Source of the DNA: Abditibacterium sp.
Lineage (GTDB): Bacteria > Armatimonadota > Abditibacteriia > Abditibacteriales > Abditibacteriaceae
Assembly: GCA_965199495.1 (NCBI GenBank)
Contig: CBDASK010000003.1
Span: 2,080,001-2,144,000 of the forward strand
Direction of reading: 5' to 3'
DNA length: 64,000 bases
The notes below the pieces were generated by a model. It was not told the DNA's origin. It ran no database searches and saw only the letters and a list, made by a program, of their open reading frames with translations. Positions 38,757 to 48,381 of this stretch are shown piece after piece (position 1 is the first letter of the stretch; every line of letters starts with the position of its first letter). The translations under genes were made by a program, and so were the position numbers.

Positions 38757-40151
38757 TTACGAAGTCTTCAACTTCTCTTTCAGACCTTTGGCCCACGGAT
38801 AACCGTCCAAATACGGATCGGGTTTGACCGGGCCGCTCGAACTCCAGACCTGCTTGAACTGGCCGTTGGGCATGATTTGTCCGATGCGCGCGGTCTTGTA
38901 AATGTGCTGCGTCGGGCCGTCGATTTTGATCTGGCCTTCGGGCGCGTCGAACGTGATGCCGCCCGCCGCTGCCTTGACCTTAGCCACGTCGAACGACTTG
39001 GCTTTCTCGACCGAAGCTTTCCACAGGTAAACCGCGTCGTAGGCGGCTTCCATCGGGTCGTCGGTGTAGGGCGTTTTCGGGTTGGCCTTGATGAAATCGG
39101 CCACGAATTTCTTGTTGGCGGGCGTATCGGTCGTCTGGAAATAGTTCCAGGCCGCGTAATGTCCGGCCAGCTTGTCCGCACCAATCGCCGCGATTTCGGG
39201 TTCGGCAATCGAAACCGACATCACCGGCAACTGCTGCGCGGTGATGCCAACCGCTTTCATCTGCTTGAAAAACTCGACGTTCGAGTCGCCGTTGAGCGAG
39301 TTGAAAACCACGTCCGGTTGCGCTGCCTTGATTTTATCGACCAGAGTCGCGTAATCGCGATGGCCGAGGGGCGTATATTCTTCGCCAACCGGCGTCAAAC
39401 CGGCGCCTTTGAGTTGCGCTTTAATTTCGGCGTTGGCGGTGCGCGGGAAGACGTAATCTGAGCCGAGCAAAAAGAACTTTTTCTTGCCCGATTTCAGCAG
39501 CCAATCGACGGCGGGCGAAATCTGTTGGTTTGTGGTGGCTCCGGTATAAAAGATGTTGGGCGAAGTTTCCATGCCCTCGTATTGGACGGGATAATACAAC
39601 AATCCATTGTATTTCTCGAAGACGGGCAGCACGGTTTTGCGCGAAACGCTCGTCCAGCAACCGAAGACGGCGGCGACTTTGTCCTGCGTCAACAGTTTCT
39701 CGGCTTTGGTTTTGAAAGTGTCCCAATCCGACGCGCCATCTTCGGTGACGGGCTTGATTTGCTTGCCCATCACGCCGCCTTTGGCGTTGATCTCGTTGAT
39801 GGCCAGCATTTCGGCGTCTTTGACGGTCGTCTCGGAAATCGCCATCGTGCCGGTCAGCGAATGCAAAATGCCGACGGGCACTTCTTTGACATCGGCTTTA
39901 TCGTAAACCGAGGCATCCACTTTGTCGCCCGTCGCGGCGGCGTCGGTCGACGTGGCTGCTGCGTTGGCGTCGCTCATGGCGGGCGCGGCGTTGTCGGCGG
40001 GTGCTTCCTGTTTGCCGCCGCAACCGGCGATGCCCAACATGGCAACGCCCAAAAGCGCGCTCGACCACAGCAGTTTTTGGGGAAGGTTAATGCGGCTTTC
40101 GACGCGCGGGGCGCCAGCAACAGAAGAAGGAGTTAGGGAAGGGATATTCAT
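38757..40151 (-). CDS. urtA: Urea ABC transporter substrate-binding lipoprotein UrtA
   Basis: Motifs VGILHSLTGTMAISE, EDGASD, FGCWTSVSRK, YPVQYEG, GSDYVFP; lipobox IAGC. Confidence 0.96.
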   Translation of the reverse strand: MNIPSLTPSSVAGAPRVESRINLPQKLLWSSALLGVAMLGIAGCGGKQEAPADNAAPAMSDANAAATSTDAAATGDKVDASVYDKADVKEVPVGILHSLTGTMAISETTVKDAEMLAINEINAKGGVMGKQIKPVTEDGASDWDTFKTKAEKLLTQDKVAAVFGCWTSVSRKTVLPVFEKYNGLLYYPVQYEGMETSPNIFYTGATTNQQISPAVDWLLKSGKKKFFLLGSDYVFPRTANAEIKAQLKGAGLTPVGEEYTPLGHRDYATLVDKIKAAQPDVVFNSLNGDSNVEFFKQMKAVGITAQQLPVMSVSIAEPEIAAIGADKLAGHYAAWNYFQTTDTPANKKFVADFIKANPKTPYTDDPMEAAYDAVYLWKASVEKAKSFDVAKVKAAAGGITFDAPEGQIKIDGPTQHIYKTARIGQIMPNGQFKQVWSSSGPVKPDPYLDGYPWAKGLKEKLKTS

Positions 40152-40445
40152 AACCAGTTGTAAATCGTGCGCTGCCGGGAAAGGGCGCCGAAACCACGAA
40201 TTCGTGGCACGGCGAGGATTTTAGGTGGCACTTGTTACCAACTGGTTTCTTTAAGGTAAATTTAAACTCTTTTTGTTGTCGCAAAAAAGATACGTTAATG
40301 AAATGAAAACGAAACAAAAGGGATTTAACATCTTTGGGACGATGCGACGGGCGCTTTGAATTCGTTCGTTTTTCGCGCTGGCAACATGGAAACAGTGCCA
40401 ACAAACGTTTGAATTGAGCTTTCGCACGCAATCACCCCAGAGATT

Positions 40446-41270
40446 ATGAATTCAATTCACTCCCCACAAAAGACGTTTTCCCTGTCGCGCCCTGCCGCCC
40501 TTTTGGTCGCTGGCGCTCTGATCGGTGCGCTCGCCGCTCCTGCCGCTCACGCGACCGATTCTGGTCTGGGTTTTTACCCGACCGCCGACATTTATCCGTC
40601 GGGCAACTATCACTTCGACGCCGACAGCTTTGGTAGCGGCATCAAAACCAACTTGACCAACTCGGTCGGTCTGGAATACGGTTTTGGCGGCGACCGCGAC
40701 GGATTATTTGGCCGCAACGAAGTCGGCTTCGATTACGGCGTCTCGAACTTTCTCGATGACCGGCCCGGCGACCGCGTTTCGCTGAACTTCAAGACGCAGC
40801 TTTATAACAACACCGCCAAAACCGAGCGCATTTCGCTGGGCTTTGGCGGGCTGGGCAGCAGCAACACTTTTTCCAGCACAAATATCCGTTTGTTGGGCTA
40901 CAAAGGCTTCAGTTTCGGGCGCGTTCACGCGGGCGTTTACAAGGACATCAAACGCAAAAGCGGCGGCTCCGATACCGGCGGCATCCAGTTGGGTTTCGAC
41001 CGTTCGGTCGGCAAACACATCATCGTTGGCGGCGACTATCGCAGCGGCCCATCGGGTTTTCTGGCGCCCTGTATCATCTACAATTTCAACGATAAAGCCG
41101 ACGTTGAATTGTGCCTTGGTATCGCCAACAATTCCAACGTTTCGCCGCGCAACCAGACTTATATCGGCTTCGACTATAACTTCGACTTCAAGAAAAACAG
41201 AGATGTCTCGCCGGTCAATCCGCCCAACCTCGACACCACGCCGGGCGATGCCAACCCCGGCCCGCAGTAG
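40446..41270 (+). CDS. Secreted protein, putative outer-membrane beta-barrel
   Basis: Signal peptide ending AHA; alternating Gly/aromatic beta-strands; 'TYIGFDYNF' near the end. Confidence 0.6.
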   Translation: MNSIHSPQKTFSLSRPAALLVAGALIGALAAPAAHATDSGLGFYPTADIYPSGNYHFDADSFGSGIKTNLTNSVGLEYGFGGDRDGLFGRNEVGFDYGVSNFLDDRPGDRVSLNFKTQLYNNTAKTERISLGFGGLGSSNTFSSTNIRLLGYKGFSFGRVHAGVYKDIKRKSGGSDTGGIQLGFDRSVGKHIIVGGDYRSGPSGFLAPCIIYNFNDKADVELCLGIANNSNVSPRNQTYIGFDYNFDFKKNRDVSPVNPPNLDTTPGDANPGPQ

Positions 41271-41283
41271 AAATTAAACGCAG

Positions 41284-41330
41284 AAAACGCCGATGGCTAT
41301 CCGAGAAGCCATCGGCGTTTTCGCGTTTTT
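41284..41330. terminator. Intrinsic terminator between convergent genes
   Basis: AAAACGCCGATGGCT-N8-AGCCATCGGCGTTTT. Confidence 0.85.
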
Positions 41331-41342
41331 TAACGCGCTTTT

Positions 41343-43430
41343 TCAACGCCCGATGCGTTCCAAAATTAGCGCGCGCGAGCCGTCGTCGCCGTTGAATTCG
41401 TGAACCGCGTAACCCGCCGCGCGCGCTTGGTTTGCATCGGGCGTTTGCCAGTTCGGTTTATTGCGCCCGAAGAAAACGTAGCGCGCGCCCAAATCGCTGG
41501 CGCCGCGCGCGGTATCGAGCGCCGAGGGCAAGCGATAAAGCGCCGCGATTTTTTGGCCGCGCGCCATCACTTCGCCGTAATTGCCGTCCCATCCCCAGAC
41601 GTGTTGCGGCCAGCCCAAAGTCGAACTCAACCCCGAAAACGCGCCGATAATGCCCCAGTTGGGATCGTAATCGCCGCCCGGCAAACCGTCGGGATTGATG
41701 GATACGTCTTCCATCGCGACTTCGCCCGCGCGCCCGTTGCGCTGCAACCATTCGATAGCGCGCCGGTCGGCGGCGGGCAAATAACGCATTCCGTCGAGAG
41801 AAGCGCCCAAAACCGGCGCGCTGCTCAGCGTCACGGCGCGCGCCCAAATCGTGGACGCGGGCGCCAGCGCCAACACCGGCGCAACGCAAATCAAGGCGAG
41901 CGCGACGACCACTTTCGGCGTTTTGGCAAGCGCCCTAAAGCGCGCGCCCAACTCGGCGCTCAAGCCGACGCCGAGCAAAATCCACGCTTGCAAACCGAAT
42001 TTGAAAACCGTGTCCTGATGGCGCAATTCGCCGTCTCCAAACGCGCCCTTAATATAGAAGAGAAACGGTATCAAAAGCGCCAACAATCCGGCGCCCAGCA
42101 ACACGAGCCGAAAGCGCGCGCGGGCGTCGTGGCTCGTTGCGGGCAGCAACAGCGTGAGCGCGCCCAAGAGTATCCAGCCGCCCCACAATAGAGCGAATGA
42201 AAGCAAATCGGGCATCCACGGATCGCGCACGACGCCGCCAACGGGCGATTTGAATTTCCAGAAATAAAGCGCCGCCGCCAAAATCGCGACCACAAACGGA
42301 GCTATAACCGACGCAATCGCGCGCGTTTTGCTTTGGTTTGGCGCGCGCGTCAGCCAAATCGAGGCGCCGAAAAGCAAGCCAAAAACCGGCGCGTCCCAAG
42401 TGTTGGTCATCAGCCACGCGCCCAGAACCAAGCCGCCGATAACTATAATCGCGCGGCGCGGCGAAGGTTTAGGGGTGGGGCTTGCGCTCCCTTTCAATCG
42501 GGATTTTTTCTTCGCACCCCGATTGGAAGAGGGCGCAAGCTCCGCTCCTACTTCATCTCTTTCGGGGGGCGCGAACAAACTCCACGCCAGCGAGAGCCAC
42601 AGCGCCGCGAAACTGAGCGCATAAAAATGCGCGTGCGCGTCGCCAATCGCCATCGTAAATGCCGGATATTCGTTGATGGTATTGGGAATCACCCGCGAAG
42701 TCGAGAACCAATCGAAAGGCCACATCCAACCTTTTTCGCTCCACTGGCGCAACGGCTCCAACGGCCCGCTCAGGCCGACCAAAAGCATCGTGACAACGCC
42801 CCAAATTTTCGAGCGCGTCAGGGCCGCACCCAGCGCCCACGTCGTCGAAAGGAAGAACGCGCAAAACGCCGGTTGAACCAAATTATAAGCGAAATTGGGC
42901 GTCGTATTGAGCGCGCGCCCCATCAACGCGCCCATCAGCGGCCCGAAATAATAGTAGTTGGTGAAACTGGCGCCGCCCCACCACGGATGGGCAAACGGCA
43001 ACCAATCGGCTTTCCACGCCGCGCTTAACAAGGCGGCGTCCATCGGTTTTTCCAAGTTGTTGATTTCGGGATGCTGCAAGCGAATCCACAAGAACGCCGC
43101 CCAACTCAACAAAAATATCGCGTCCGAAATCAATAATGATTTAACGTTCTGGCGCGCCCACTCGCGCGCCGATTTATCGCGCCAACCCGCCGCGCACACG
43201 ATGGCGGCGAGGGCAGCCACGGGAGGCGCCAGCTTGAGCGGCACGAGATGCAACGTCGCGCCCCAAAACGAAAACAGCGCGACCAAAACGACAAATAAGA
43301 CGCGTCCGGCGGCCAAACCGCCGTCGGGCAAACTCGCGAACAAGCGCCGCGAAATCGGCAACGCCAGCCAACCCAGCGCCCACAGGGCGAGCGTCCAAAT
43401 TAAAATCGTGCTGACCAGAGAAAAAGGCAC
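41343..43430 (-). CDS. DUF2298 ('YYY') polytopic membrane protein, GT-C glycosyltransferase-like
   Basis: Motifs EKPMD, NYYYFG, SRVIPNTINEYP, GDAHAH, TNTWD, DTVFKF, LGWPQH. Confidence 0.85.
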   Translation of the reverse strand: MPFSLVSTILIWTLALWALGWLALPISRRLFASLPDGGLAAGRVLFVVLVALFSFWGATLHLVPLKLAPPVAALAAIVCAAGWRDKSAREWARQNVKSLLISDAIFLLSWAAFLWIRLQHPEINNLEKPMDAALLSAAWKADWLPFAHPWWGGASFTNYYYFGPLMGALMGRALNTTPNFAYNLVQPAFCAFFLSTTWALGAALTRSKIWGVVTMLLVGLSGPLEPLRQWSEKGWMWPFDWFSTSRVIPNTINEYPAFTMAIGDAHAHFYALSFAALWLSLAWSLFAPPERDEVGAELAPSSNRGAKKKSRLKGSASPTPKPSPRRAIIVIGGLVLGAWLMTNTWDAPVFGLLFGASIWLTRAPNQSKTRAIASVIAPFVVAILAAALYFWKFKSPVGGVVRDPWMPDLLSFALLWGGWILLGALTLLLPATSHDARARFRLVLLGAGLLALLIPFLFYIKGAFGDGELRHQDTVFKFGLQAWILLGVGLSAELGARFRALAKTPKVVVALALICVAPVLALAPASTIWARAVTLSSAPVLGASLDGMRYLPAADRRAIEWLQRNGRAGEVAMEDVSINPDGLPGGDYDPNWGIIGAFSGLSSTLGWPQHVWGWDGNYGEVMARGQKIAALYRLPSALDTARGASDLGARYVFFGRNKPNWQTPDANQARAAGYAVHEFNGDDGSRALILERIGR

Positions 43431-43511
43431 CCTTCTATTTTATTTCAGATGTCGGGTTGCGGATGTCAGATAATATTTGCTTCCCGATTTACAACTTTGG
43501 GCGACTTCACT

Positions 43512-44549
43512 ATGAAAATTGGATTTATCGTCAACCGCATCGAAACCGAAATGCCCGTCTACACCACGACTCGATTGGCTCACGCCGCGCACCGGCGCGG
43601 ACATCGGGCTTATATTATCGGCGTCGGCGATTTGGTGCAAAAGAGCGATGGCATCCTTCACGCGCGCGCCAAGTGCGCGCCCGCCAAGAAATATGGCAGC
43701 AACGAAACTTATTTTAACGCGCTGCAAAAATCCGAGAAAGTGATTGTCGAGGCCGACGATTTCGACGTCATTATGCTGCGCAACGACCCCGCCGATGCCG
43801 TCGAGCATCCGTGGGCCTCGGTTTCGGGTTATGTTTGGGGCCAACTGGCGAGCCAGCGCGGCATTTTGGTGGTCAACGATCCGCATTCTTTGGCCGATGC
43901 CGTCAACAAAATGTATTTTCAGCACTTCCCCGCGCAAGTGCGTCCGGCCACTTTGATTACGCGCGCCGTCGAAGATGTGCGCGAGTTTTACGACGAACAC
44001 CAATCGAATATCGTGCTGAAACCGTTGCAGGGTTCGGGCGGCGCCAGCGTGTTTTTGGCCGGGCCGGGCGATAAGCCGAACCTGAATCAGATGGTCGAGG
44101 CGATCACGCGCGACGGTTATATCGTGGCGCAGGAAAACTTGGCCGAAGCCAAAAATGGCGACGTGCGATTGTTCGTGATGAACGGCAGACCGTTGCAGGT
44201 CAAAGGCAAAACCGCGTTGTTTCGGCGCGTCAACAAAACCGACGATTTGAGATCGAATATGCACGTCGGCGGCAAATCGGAGGCGGCGGAATATACTCCC
44301 GAAATGGAGCGCATCGTCGAAACGGTGCGCCCCAAACTGGTCGCCGACGGTATGTTTTTAGTCGGCATTGACATCGTCGGCGATAAGTTGATGGAAATCA
44401 ACGTGTTTTCGCCCGGTGGCTTCGGCTCGACGCACCGCTTCACCGGCATCGAATTTTCGCTGGCTGTCATCGAAGATTTGGAGCGCAAGGTGTTTTATAA
44501 ATCGCTCTACAAACACAAAGTGCCCAACCAAACTTTGGCCACGATTTGA
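43512..44549 (+). CDS. gshB: Glutathione synthetase-like ATP-grasp enzyme
   Basis: Motifs MLRNDP, VVNDP, KPLQGSGG, GDVRL, RSNMHVGG, GIDIVG, EINVFSPGG; ATG at 43512. Confidence 0.75.
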   Translation: MKIGFIVNRIETEMPVYTTTRLAHAAHRRGHRAYIIGVGDLVQKSDGILHARAKCAPAKKYGSNETYFNALQKSEKVIVEADDFDVIMLRNDPADAVEHPWASVSGYVWGQLASQRGILVVNDPHSLADAVNKMYFQHFPAQVRPATLITRAVEDVREFYDEHQSNIVLKPLQGSGGASVFLAGPGDKPNLNQMVEAITRDGYIVAQENLAEAKNGDVRLFVMNGRPLQVKGKTALFRRVNKTDDLRSNMHVGGKSEAAEYTPEMERIVETVRPKLVADGMFLVGIDIVGDKLMEINVFSPGGFGSTHRFTGIEFSLAVIEDLERKVFYKSLYKHKVPNQTLATI

Positions 44550-44645
44550 AGGGGCCATTGCTTCTTCTCTGACGAGAATATTCGCAAAAAGAAGCGGCGA
44601 AATCAAAAGCGCCTCGTGCGACGCGGCGCGCTGTCGAAAACGCGC

Positions 44646-46703
44646 ATGAAAACTTTTTGGATCGTGGCATCGCTTGGTTTAGCGGCGCCGTTGGCGCGCG
44701 CGCAAAATACGCCCGCCATTGCGATTTCCGCGTCTGAGGCCGCGATTTTGGCGCCGCGCGCGGGCGAAATCCTGCTCGAAGGCGAAATCGTGAAGACGAG
44801 CGCCGACGGGCAGAATTTGGAAATTCTGGCGCGCGCGTTTTCGACGCCCTCCAACCGGCGCGAATTGGAAACGCCGCGCGCCAAAACGCTCGTCATCAAC
44901 GCCCAAACGCAATTGCTGGGCGCCAAACGTCCGTTGCAAACGCTGCCGCCGCAAACGCTGGTGCGCGTTGTGGGACGCGAAATCGCCGAACAGCCGTTCG
45001 TGGCGCGCGCCCTGCTGTGGGGCGACGCAGCTCAACCTGCCACAACCGCGCCCGCCGCCACCCACTCCGCTGTGCCGGTGGCTGGTGACGCGACTATCGA
45101 GGGCGACGCGACGGTGCCCGACGCGGTCGCCCAAATTTTGCCCGCGCCACGTCAAATCGCGGGCGCGAGCGTGCGCCTCGTGGACGCCGGTTTTCGACTC
45201 GACAAGAGGATTCCGCTCGCGCCGGTTTTCTACTTTGTGGTGCGCGCGACGCCGGGCGCCAAAGTGAGTTTGCTCAACATCGTGGGGCCGGATTTACAAT
45301 TGGCCACCTATTCGGCGGTGCCCACCCAGACCGGCGATGGGCACGCCGCCGAAAATTGGATCGCGCCCTACGTGGATGCGCGCTGGGATCACGTGCGCGT
45401 GTTCATGGAAGTTACCGCGCCCGACGCGCCCGCAGACGCGCGCGGTTCGTTCGTGCAGAACTTTCCCGTTGAACTGCCGTTGCCCGCGTTGGGACAAACC
45501 ATTCCGCTCCATAAAACGATTGCCACGCCGCACGGCAGCACCGTCGAAATCAGCGAAATCTCCAACAATAAGCCGCAAAAAGATGGCAACGGCGACCGTT
45601 TAAGCAACGCCGACGGCACCTTGAGCATCGAGATTCGCAGTCAAAAACCCGGTGATGCGCCCGATGCCAAAATTGGTCTGTGGCTGAAAGATTATCAAGT
45701 CGAAAACAAAGATTGGTATCCCAACAGCAGTGGCTCGGAAGGCAGCGCGGACAAAACCACGCTGCACCTGTCGCGCCCGCCCGCCGCGATTAAGACGATG
45801 ACGGCGAATTTGGAAGTCAGCGAATCGGCGCCTCAATGGGTGATGCCGCAGTATTTCGGCGTCGCCACATTCGAGTTGCCGGTGGCCGCATTGTTGAAAG
45901 CGCGCCCGCCCGCAACGCCCGCAGATGCGCCGCAATTGTTCGAGGCGCAGACGCCGGGCGGCGTGGCCCGAATAAGCGCGCCGCAATGGATTGACGGCGC
46001 CTGGCAAATGCGTTTGTGGACGCAACGCCACGATGTCGCCGGTTTGCCGGAAAGCAATCCGAATGTCGCCACGCGTTTGGTCGTGACCGAGGTTGTGGCG
46101 AAGAGCGCGCGGGGCCACGAGTTTTCGTGGAGCAACGGCGGTCATAGCGGCGACCTGTTTTTGACGCCCGATAACACGCCTCTGGCGCGCGACGAGGCCG
46201 CGCACCGCGTCATTTTTCGCGAGGCGACAGAGCTGGACGCGCCCGTTCAACTGACCGCGACCGCGCAGGAGCGCCGCTTCTATTCGTCCATGCACGATTT
46301 TCGCGGTTTGCCCATTCCGCCGCGCGGCCAAACTCTCGAACTGGGCGAAAAGTGGAGCGATGAAAGCGCGCAACTGGCGCGCATCGGCTGGACGAAAGGG
46401 GGTCAGTTGGTGGTGATTTGCGAGAACATCAGTTTATGGAACGGCTCTTTTAGCGCCTCGCCCGCCGCCACGACTAAAGGTGCGACCGGCGGCGCAGCCG
46501 ATAGCGCGCAGGCGCTGAAGCTGACTTCGCAGGGCACTTACGATCCGTTGGGCGGCGCTGGACTGAAGCCCGGCGCCCTCGCTCTGACGTTCGAGGCGCC
46601 ATTGCCCGGCGCTCAGACGCTCGATTTAATTTATGGCGTTACCGAAATCGCCTCCGATTCCAAACGCACTTTTCACTGGGATTTGAGCAAAAACGCGAAC
46701 TAA
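44646..46703 (+). CDS. Large secreted hypothetical protein
   Basis: Signal peptide 'MKTFWIVASLGLAAPLARA'; host-like codon usage; no recognisable motif. Confidence 0.7.
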   Translation: MKTFWIVASLGLAAPLARAQNTPAIAISASEAAILAPRAGEILLEGEIVKTSADGQNLEILARAFSTPSNRRELETPRAKTLVINAQTQLLGAKRPLQTLPPQTLVRVVGREIAEQPFVARALLWGDAAQPATTAPAATHSAVPVAGDATIEGDATVPDAVAQILPAPRQIAGASVRLVDAGFRLDKRIPLAPVFYFVVRATPGAKVSLLNIVGPDLQLATYSAVPTQTGDGHAAENWIAPYVDARWDHVRVFMEVTAPDAPADARGSFVQNFPVELPLPALGQTIPLHKTIATPHGSTVEISEISNNKPQKDGNGDRLSNADGTLSIEIRSQKPGDAPDAKIGLWLKDYQVENKDWYPNSSGSEGSADKTTLHLSRPPAAIKTMTANLEVSESAPQWVMPQYFGVATFELPVAALLKARPPATPADAPQLFEAQTPGGVARISAPQWIDGAWQMRLWTQRHDVAGLPESNPNVATRLVVTEVVAKSARGHEFSWSNGGHSGDLFLTPDNTPLARDEAAHRVIFREATELDAPVQLTATAQERRFYSSMHDFRGLPIPPRGQTLELGEKWSDESAQLARIGWTKGGQLVVICENISLWNGSFSASPAATTKGATGGAADSAQALKLTSQGTYDPLGGAGLKPGALALTFEAPLPGAQTLDLIYGVTEIASDSKRTFHWDLSKNAN

Positions 46704-46753
46704 AACTTGCGTTGCATCGGATGAAATTTGGCAAACTCCAAGCAGTAAATCTA

Positions 46754-48286
46754 ATGATGAACTGTTGTATTTCGTGGCGTCGCGCTCTGTTGCTTTGCTG
46801 TTTGACTGGTCTGGGCGCCGCTTCTTTGTCGAGTTGCGGCGGCGGTGGCTCCAACCTGCCGACGCCCGCTCCATCGAATCCCGATGCGCAGACGCAAAGC
46901 ATCGCGCGCTGGCAACCAGTGATTTCCGCCGACGCCGGACAAACCGAGGCGCCGCCGGTTGCGGGCGGCGCCATCGCCAACGCCGAAATCGCGCAACTGT
47001 TGGCGCTGCAAAGCGCGCGCACTCCAGCGCAAATCGCGATTTTCAATAAATGGAACAATCGCGCCGCTTCGCAATGGAACGAAATCGCGCGCGATCTGGT
47101 CATCGCAAACGGCACGACGCCGCCGATTTCCTCGCGCGTTTACGCCGCGCTCAGCGTCGCGCAATATGACGCGACCATCGCCGCCGCGCGCGCGCAAATC
47201 ACTTTTAATCGCGCCGCGCCCGCCCAAGTGGATGTGCGCATCCAACCGCTTTCCCCAATTCGCGATGGTTATCCCTCGCGCACATGGGCACTGTGTCGCG
47301 CCAGCGCCGACGTTTTGAAGTCGCTTTATCCGGGCGATAAAGCGCAACTCGAAAGCGCCGAATCCGAATGCGAAACTTCGCGATTGGTCGGCGGCGTCAA
47401 TTTTCCCTCGGATATCGAAGCGGGCAATCAGGTCGGCGCCGCCGTGGCTGCTAAAGTCATCGCGCGTTTGGCGAACGATGGCGCCGACAAAGCCGCGCAA
47501 ACTTTGCCACAACCCAGCGGCCCCGGATATTGGACGGGTAAAGGCGGTTTGTTGCCTTCTTGGAAGTTCGTCAAGCCGTGGCTGACAACCGACATCAGCC
47601 AGTTTCGCGCGCCCGCGCCGCCCGCGTTTGGTTCGCCGCAGTTCAATCAAGATTTGGCCGAGGTGCGCCAAATCTCGGACAATCGCACGCCGGAGCAGTC
47701 CGCAATCGCCGATTTCTGGGCCGACGCCGCGCAAACCTTCACGCCGCCGGGACATTGGAACTTATTTGCAGATCGGATCATCGCCAGCCACAATTTGAGC
47801 GACGCGCAGGCCGCGCGCGTTTACGCGTTGCTGAACATGGCCGAGCAGGATTCGGGGATTTCGTGCTGGAACAGCAAATTTACCTATTGGGTCATTCGCC
47901 CGTCGCAAGCCGACCCGCAAATCACGACGCCAGTCGGTTTGCCCGATTTCCCATCGTATACGTCGGGCCACTCGAACTTTTCGGGCGCGGGCGCGTGGGT
48001 TTTGGGCGCGCTGTTTCCCGACGAAAAACCAATCGTTGACGCTCTGGCGCAAGAAGCCTCAGTTTCGCGCATCTACGGCGGCATTCATTATCGCTTCGAC
48101 GCCGACGGCGGCATCAATAACGGCCACGCCGTCGCCGACCTCGCTGTTGCGCGCTCGCAAAGCGACGGCTACACCGATGGCGTCCCAACGGGCCGCACGT
48201 TGTCGTTCGAGGAATTGAAAAATGACACCAACGCCGAATTAAACCGGCGCGCGCCGGGCACGCGTAAATCGGCGAACTGGGATTGA
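46754..48286 (+). CDS. PAP2 / vanadium-haloperoxidase family lipoprotein with a duplicated domain
   Basis: Lipobox LSSC; C-domain K...RP, YTSGHS, SRIYGGIHY; degenerate N-domain YPSRT, SRLVGGVNFPSD. Confidence 0.85.
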   Translation: MMNCCISWRRALLLCCLTGLGAASLSSCGGGGSNLPTPAPSNPDAQTQSIARWQPVISADAGQTEAPPVAGGAIANAEIAQLLALQSARTPAQIAIFNKWNNRAASQWNEIARDLVIANGTTPPISSRVYAALSVAQYDATIAAARAQITFNRAAPAQVDVRIQPLSPIRDGYPSRTWALCRASADVLKSLYPGDKAQLESAESECETSRLVGGVNFPSDIEAGNQVGAAVAAKVIARLANDGADKAAQTLPQPSGPGYWTGKGGLLPSWKFVKPWLTTDISQFRAPAPPAFGSPQFNQDLAEVRQISDNRTPEQSAIADFWADAAQTFTPPGHWNLFADRIIASHNLSDAQAARVYALLNMAEQDSGISCWNSKFTYWVIRPSQADPQITTPVGLPDFPSYTSGHSNFSGAGAWVLGALFPDEKPIVDALAQEASVSRIYGGIHYRFDADGGINNGHAVADLAVARSQSDGYTDGVPTGRTLSFEELKNDTNAELNRRAPGTRKSANWD

Positions 48287-48381
48287 CGAAGACGCTTTAA
48301 CGCGCCAAATTCTCCGCGTGCGGAACGTCAACGCGGGGTTATCAGTCTTTTAAAACAGCCGAAAAACGGGCTAACAGACTT

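Noticed and set aside
40152..40445. TGGCAC hexamers upstream of urtA as sigma-54 promoters, and a small hairpin at about 40186-40213
   Set aside because: None has TTGC at the required -12 spacing; the hairpin is single-copy and short, so no function can be supported.
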